This document shows, piece after piece, positions 48,042-64,000 of a DNA stretch of 64,000 bases; the first letter of the stretch is position 1, and each line of letters opens with the position of its first letter. A program made the translations under genes and the position numbers. The notes under the pieces were generated by a model, which was given only the letters and a program-made list of their open reading frames with translations, made no database searches and was not told where the DNA came from. The stretch covers positions 96,038,001-96,102,000 of the forward strand of contig OX597818.1 of NCBI GenBank assembly GCA_951406725.2, read 5' to 3'. Origin of the DNA: Octopus vulgaris (taxonomy: Eukaryota).

Positions 48042-49577
48042 TTAATAGCATTATTAAAATAACCGTAATATTTAATTTCCCAGATAAGGGTAGAGAGCTT
48101 TAGTCTCTAAGCTTATTGGCATAGCTAGTGTGAATGTGCTGCTTGTGTAAGCTCTTCAATGTCATCCTTACAGGAAACCTTTAAGTGCCACACCCATAAA
48201 AATATCATCCTGGGCAGATCTCCCCACTCCTGGCTATACTACAGATGGTCAAATGGTTCATTTTGGTATCCCACGGTGGAATCTTAAAAGAGTTTTATCA
48301 TAACCTTGGGTTGACAAGCCTTGTTAAAGTAGTAAATAGAAAACTACAAAGGTGCCTATCAGATGTCTTCTGCACTTTGAATTTAAAAAGGTCCCACCAT
48401 ATTAGATTGCACCTTTTTAAAGTAATTCTCAAACAGAATCAGTCACTTCTGTGCAGTTTAAAATAACTGACTACTTAAGATCAAAAGTCATTTATGTGCA
48501 CACATAACCAGTGTTTTAATTTCTACCTTTCTATGCTTACATGAGTCAGACAAAACTACATTGGAGTAGAGCTTTTTTTCTTCTTTTTATATAATTGTAA
48601 GCTCTTCCTTTGCCAAGTAAAGTAATAAGTTACCCAACCAATGAAACAGTGAACATAGTTTTAAGCACAGAACAAGAAACAAATAAACATCCTTTGAATG
48701 TGCCTTTTGTTTACAGAAGATTGAGCAACATGCCCACAAGCCTGAACATGGTTTTGCAGTGGTCTGCAAGCAGACATGTCTTGTATTAACAATGATTTGC
48801 CTTTGTTTACAAAAGCAACAAAGTGTAAAGACAGCAGGAAACATGGACTCACTCACTCATACATGTGCAACAGACTTCTCCATTTTCTATCCACCAATTT
48901 CACTGGTATTGGTTGATTCACAGCCATAGTATAAGACATGACCTGACAATATTCATAGAGGAACTGAACTCTCAACCATGTGATTCTGAAATGAACTACT
49001 TAACTATAAAGTTATGCCTGTGCATATATAGCACAATTTCCTTTTCTTCTTTCCTCTTTTCAACACAAAATTGTATTTGTCACCATATAATCCCCAAATT
49101 TTCAGTTTTAGTTCTAAATACTAGTTTATTTTCTCAGACCAATATTTTCATGGAGATATTTTTCTCAAAATATTTCTGATGTACTCCAAGTAGCACTATC
49201 TATGGGTAGGAAATGAAAAATGGTGCTGTCTTAAATATTTCATTACATTAAATTATTTAAAAGAAACCAAAGTTCTTTGACAAACAAGGTTTCTGAAAGA
49301 TGGGCCATCACCTGATGCTGTAACAATAATATTGCATTTTTGTAAAGCTTTTTGCAACCTTTAATAATATATTAACCCTTCTGTTACCATATTTCAGTTG
49401 AAATACACAACCTATGTTTCAATTAATTTCAAAACTAATTAAGAACTTACTTAAAATAGCTGTAATTATTAAGCTGGTGTTTGGGACATAAATAAACATG
49501 AAATTTTGATGGAAAATTTCAATCTGGATCACTTTAAAGCAAGAAGTTTATATCATTAAACAAGGGGGCATTCTTAA

Positions 49578-49752
49578 CCCCTTCAGATCACTCAGCCAAA
49601 TCTAATGCTTATTTTATTTATTCATTGTTTTGAATTATGTATTATCTTGTAGTTTCAAAATTTCTGATATTATTTTCAGAATAATACCATAGGGTATGAG
49701 AAGTAAGTGCAGAATATTAAAGCCAGATATGGCCAGTTTAAATGCTAAATGG
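49578..49752 (-). mobile_element. piggyBac-like MITE, inverted copy of the 47841-48041 family
   Basis: TTAA|cccctt ... gccagatatggccagtttaaatgctaaatgg|TTAA. Confidence 0.65.
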
Positions 49753-50049
49753 TTAAGAGACAAACCATCAATCACTAAACTACAGAAACTATAATATTCC
49801 ATAACATTAAAACCCCTTCCTAGTACACTGAAAGCTACTTAGGAATACTCCACTGCCTAAAAAAAACAAGAAAAAAAAACTATCAATATAAAAACTTGTC
49901 ATCTGCCTAACAATGAAGCTAGTCATTTGCCTAAATCACAATCCAACCTTAGACTTAAAAAAGACACAAAAAAAAAAGTAAACTGCATTGAAATATTGGT
50001 GCTTTGTTACAAAAGTAATGAAACAGAATTATGTTTTGTGTTTATAAAA

Positions 50050-51595
50050 TGTATGAGCAGTTGGTAAAGCTTAATATAATCCCATTTGGAAGAGGTATTT
50101 AACTGCTAGTCAGAGAAAAATATCACAAAGTAATTCTATAAGAACCGGTCTCAATGATTTCATGTATAACAGACAACATAATCAAAACAATTTTCCAATT
50201 GTAATTTCTCATAAAAATACTGGAGTAAAAAAAAAAAAAAAGTGGGAAGGGAAAAGAAAAAAAAGGTGGGGTCTCCTCCTTTCATTGATTATCCAGTTGA
50301 AAAGTTCAGACTTTGTTTTCAAATGTCAAATTTTATTTGATATATATTATATACACATATATAAAAATTTCAAAACATTGAAAAAGTTGGGTCAACTAAT
50401 ATTGTTAAATGTTATTATTATCAGTGTTATCAGCTGATTTTTTTTTTCTTGACAAACTATTTCCTATGAAAGGTTACTAGAGAAGGAGCAAAGTAAGGTT
50501 GAGAGCAACAAACTAATACTTCCATTGGGCACTGGAGTAATAAAAAAATTTAAAAAGAAAAAAAAACTAAAAAATGTAAAAATAAAAATGGAAAACAAAC
50601 GAAATACCCTGCAGTAAAGCAGTGATTTGGAGCAGGCTAACAGCATCCAATCAACCCTGTCTATGACAAGAGTTTGAAAAACTCAAACTCTTAAGAACTA
50701 CAAAGATATAACCGAGCATATTTTTGGCAGGGTGAGCCTTGCATACATTCACACATACTACCGATTCCATTCTTACAACGTAGGAGAAACGTCAGAGTCC
50801 CAGTACCTGCCCCTCCAGTTTCGGTCTTTGCCTATGTCTGCAAGGAATAATCTAATTGGGGAGGGCGGCCAAGGGAGACTCTTTAGCTGTTGACATGCTA
50901 GATGGTAGAAAAATTCAAAATGCTAGAAACATTTAATACCTGCATATTGAATGGAATTAAAAATGGATAAAACTAGGCAAGAATTTCGGAAATGTAAGTA
51001 TTTTGATACTTACAGATCTAAAAAGAAAAAAAAAAGAAAGAAAAAGAAAATGGTGATGTAGAAGTGAAGCTGAACAAATAGAGCAATTTTGAAAGGTGAA
51101 CAGCAAGAGTTGAGGCCAATTCAGGCAATTGAACATCTGTAAGCAGCTGACCAGAGCTCAAAGGCCATGAAAGGAAGAGAGAGAGAGAGAGAGATAACAC
51201 ATTAGGTTAACCTCAAGCCAGTGGAACAAAGCTGTAGCAGTATTGGGCTGCCAGAGTAGCCAAGGAGAAAACAGTAGCTGCCTTAATGTCTCACTAAAAC
51301 AGCTAGAGAGACCAACTTGTAGCCTGCTAGGGAAGGTGAAAAAGGTGGGGATGGGGAGGGAAGGGTTTGAAGAGGACACACCACTAGCAAAAGCTGGACG
51401 ATGTATTTGACCCAGGTTTTCCACTAGAAAAGATTCAGTAAAGCTGCACAGACAAGCAAAAAGTTCAAACTCTTTATTTACCTTCAACTGTTAATACATT
51501 TGCAGGATCACAAGCACTAAAAAATGGTGCAGCATTACAGCAGCAAGTTGAGAGTTCAGTTTTAAAAAAAAATATATATATATATATAATACATG

Positions 51596-51626
<31 letters not shown>

Positions 51627-54600
51627 TACATATATATGTATATATATATATATATGTGAAAACAACAAAATCTCAATAATTTTAAGATATATTGAGATTC
51701 AGTAAATTAACAAAAATGAAATAGCCAACAAGTAACAATTTTCTTTCCTTTCAACTTGTGCTTGGTATTCTGTACAGGTTCACTGAATTAAGAGTAAGAT
51801 TAAAAAAAAAAAGAAAAAACTGGAAACAACTCCTACATGGCACCAACTACAAAAACGGTTTAGTAGATTTAGTTACTGTCTGGCCAGTTCTTTAGATGCA
51901 CACTGTAGCTCCAGTTGCTTCAATACAACTGCTAAGTGATCGTAACACCAAGCTTCTGGAAAATAGTCTGGGACTTCTCCTTTGGGAGAAGATTTTCAAA
52001 GCAATCAAGTTACAAGGAAGCTTGGTTTGAACTAAGCCCACTACAGTGGCAACAGTCAGCTAAAAGTTCTTGGCAAGAAGCAGAGAATTTTTAAGAGTAG
52101 AGAGCTAAGGATGTTACAATATTCAAAGCTTCAGATTAAGTTAGACGTCAAAAGTGGCAATGCTTATCAAGTGTCTTAAAAAAATTCCTATCACCAAAAC
52201 AATAGATGCCGCAGATAAAGTCAACACCATTTTCCCCCACTTTTGGAAAAAAAAAATTATATGTAAGAGACCAACCACAGAAAAAAAATGAAAAAATGCT
52301 GGAATCCAATTGTTCCACCATAATATTTTAAATAAATTATAAAAAGGAATTTAAAATGTTTTGAAAGTAATATTCCTTGAATTGCTAAAGCTCCATAGAA
52401 AATGGGTAACAGTTATGGGGTAGATAGTAGGATCCATTGATGTCATTGTTCAACAACAGGACACTAACTTGAGTATGAAGCCTTCATCAGGACAGGTGAA
52501 ATAAAATAGTGGATTGTTGGTCTGAAGGAAAAAACAAAACAAAAACAAACAAAATGGAAAAAAACAGAAGCAGGACAAGGTGGAGAAATGGAGGAGAAAG
52601 TTGATGAAAACTGGCGATGTCAATGTAATTAAGGTCAACTAGAATGCTGACAAATAGCAGAAAGTTAGCGACTCAGATGGGATTGATGGAAAGGAAGAAA
52701 AAAGATGGAGGAGCAGGGCAGCAGGAATATACTGACTAAACATACAGAAGGCAGTAGTTGACGTAAAATGTTTTATTTCACTTAAAATTGACCAAGAAAC
52801 AGGCAATTCTTCAACTAGCCAATGGATGCCACTTTCTACACCTACATAACACCATTAACAACCGTTTGAAAGCTATGCTACCAGCTTTCCAGTTTTACAA
52901 TTCTCATCTGTTGGATAAGACTAGCATACGGCATGTCTGTGCTGCACGAAATATCCTTGCAGAAGTAAGGCCGCTAGTATTGTTATTAGCCCGTCGTCCC
53001 TTTGGTCTAGTAAAGCAAACTCCAGCTAGCTGGAGTTTCTATGTACACAGTTCTACTGGAGAAATAAAACAATATACACACACATACACACATGCACACA
53101 GTCTTTCCAGAGTTTTCTGCCTTTCTTCTCCATTTTATGGTAGTATGCATTTTTCTTGTTTGACGAATAGACGGATTTTGGAGAGTTCAACAACACTAGG
53201 TCAGCCGTCACCTCGCCAAGCCTCTTAGATTCCTGTACATTAGCTGGCCTGGGATGAGGGGACTGGAATGTTGAGTGATTCGGAAAGCTTGTATGCCTCA
53301 CCTGTAACATACTAAGAGGCTTGCCAGGATGTACACCCTAACTCAGTCGAGGAACGACAAAGAAAAATGAAAAAAGAAAAAAAAAAACATAGAAGCAGAG
53401 GGCTGCCTTTTAGACCCTTTCCCTAACTGCATCAGAGGGAAAGAGAGTGAGAAAGAGCGGGAGGATGGGACAAAAACAATTGAAACAAAACCCTTTAAGA
53501 CATTAACTTTAGCTACTGTGGCTTGAAAAAAATGGTCAATGGGAATATCTAAAAGTGATTTAACAGAAATAGCATTTAAATGTCAAAAAATAAAAAAACT
53601 GGATTGCCATTCCCATAACTAGTATCTTGCAGCATGCAAATGAAGATGTTAAGACTAGCATCCAGAATATTTTGTCCATGTGCAGATTTCTATCCAAAGA
53701 CTGATCAACACACTGTCTACATTGACCATATACACCCACCCAACCTAGCAAGATGGCACTGTCAACTGGAGGAGTTGGCATCCAATATAAAACCGTGCTA
53801 CCATTCTGATGATAATTTGAAGCCACCGACATGAGGCGATCTTAAATCCAAATACTTTTCATTTTAGATCTTGCATACTTTAAAAAGATTGATACCCTGG
53901 ATTATAAATTGAAGTACCAGGCATAACCATTGACTTTTAGGGGGAAAACATTTTGTTCAGGTGAGAATAATCTCAGCCAAAGAAACAAGAAAAAATTCTT
54001 AAAAACTAGTTGATCTTAAGTGCGACTACAAAGAAAAACATTAATAAAGTGGCTCCTGAGTAACCAAAGGAGATAAGGAAGGGGTTAGTGATGAAGGACT
54101 ATTGTCCAAACTGGCTGTCAGACAGCTAAGAAAATGCTAACCCATTACATGCAAATATTCACCTTTTAGTACTGCAGTTGATAAAGTGGGAGCAAATTAA
54201 ACTTTCCAACTTAAAAGTATTTTAAATTTTTATTATTCATCCAGGATTTGTAGTAAACTTGTAAAGTGTATAAGTGACATATTATTAGGTGTTTTTTTTT
54301 CTGAGTGATAATATTAAAAATGAAAATCCATGCTAGCAAAGGTACCACAGTATTGATGGAATTAGTTCAACAGAAATTATCTGAACTAATGTAACAAAGC
54401 TTGTTTTATTATAAAATGGCCAGGCTTCTCAGACTGACTGACAGTGCATCGTGTACCAGTGGGGTTTCAGGACACTACACAATATGTGCTTATCACCAGA
54501 ATAAATACTCATCTCCCAAAAGCTAGTATTTTCTACGAATTAGGTCAAGTATGAGTCTTTGCTGGATTACTGGTCTTTGTAGATCTCCACACAGACACTC

Positions 54601-54842
54601 ACCCTGTTTGCTCAGACATACAATGTACATAGGCTCTCATGTTGCTCTCACGCGATGAACCAGAAGATAATTACAGTTATCCTCAATATATTCAGAGTTC
54701 TCTTGAATATGTTTTTGTGAACGGAGGGAAAAGGAAAAAAAATTAGGAAATAATTGTAAAAAATTGTGCCGCACAGCCCCGCATTCTGGTTCTTTTTTTT
54801 TTTCTTTTGAAATTTAAATTTTAGACTAATATGGCACAATCC
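50050..54842 (-). other. Probable long 3' UTR of ATP1A
   Basis: About 4.8 kb directly after the stop codon lacking the SINE/LINE copies that fill neighbouring regions; U-rich on the mRNA strand; 3' end not determinable. Confidence 0.45.
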
Positions 54843-63839
<8,997 letters not shown>

Positions 63840-64000
63840 CTGAGAGTGTGCAGAAAAAAAAAAAAAAATTTGTACAGTAACTGGATAAAACAAACATATT
63901 ATGAGGTGGCATTATGTATAAATAAGCTAAATGCATAAGTAAAAATTTTTTTTAAATTCTCCAAGAATTTGAAACTTATAAGTGAAATCAAGTTATGTTA

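Noticed and set aside
52465-52500. CUGAUGA on the minus strand as a third hammerhead
   Set aside because: No GAAA core or closing stems follow
52788-53834. ORFs in the TE-poor tract as a separate gene
   Set aside because: No recognisable domains or consistent exon structure; better explained as UTR

Overview
AT-rich, intron-containing animal DNA, most likely from an octopus (inferred from the SINE and RTE repeat families, the dense TA/CA microsatellites and the mollusc-type Na+/K+-ATPase). It holds two convergent host genes. A PRA1/RABAC1 homologue lies on + (4 coding exons, 8211-14258; an upstream exon was not found). A Na+/K+-ATPase alpha subunit lies on - (17 exons, 54843-63839, splicing to 962 aa plus stop; the N-terminus is beyond the window) and probably has a long 3' UTR. 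The rest is mostly mobile DNA: a young 5'-truncated RTE LINE with a PHD zinc finger inside its RT region, two CR1-type LINEs (one with a -1 slippery site at the ORF1/ORF2 junction), a CRE-like RLE retrotransposon remnant, Penelope remnants with minimal hammerhead ribozymes, Helitrons, a mariner, a foldback/MULE-like element, pogo- and piggyBac-like MITEs, many tRNA-derived SINEs and a 2-kb satellite of phased A4T4 tracts. No CRISPR array or rRNA was found. Most ORF-track entries are microsatellite or antisense artefacts. All alignments and family assignments were made by eye; no searches were run.
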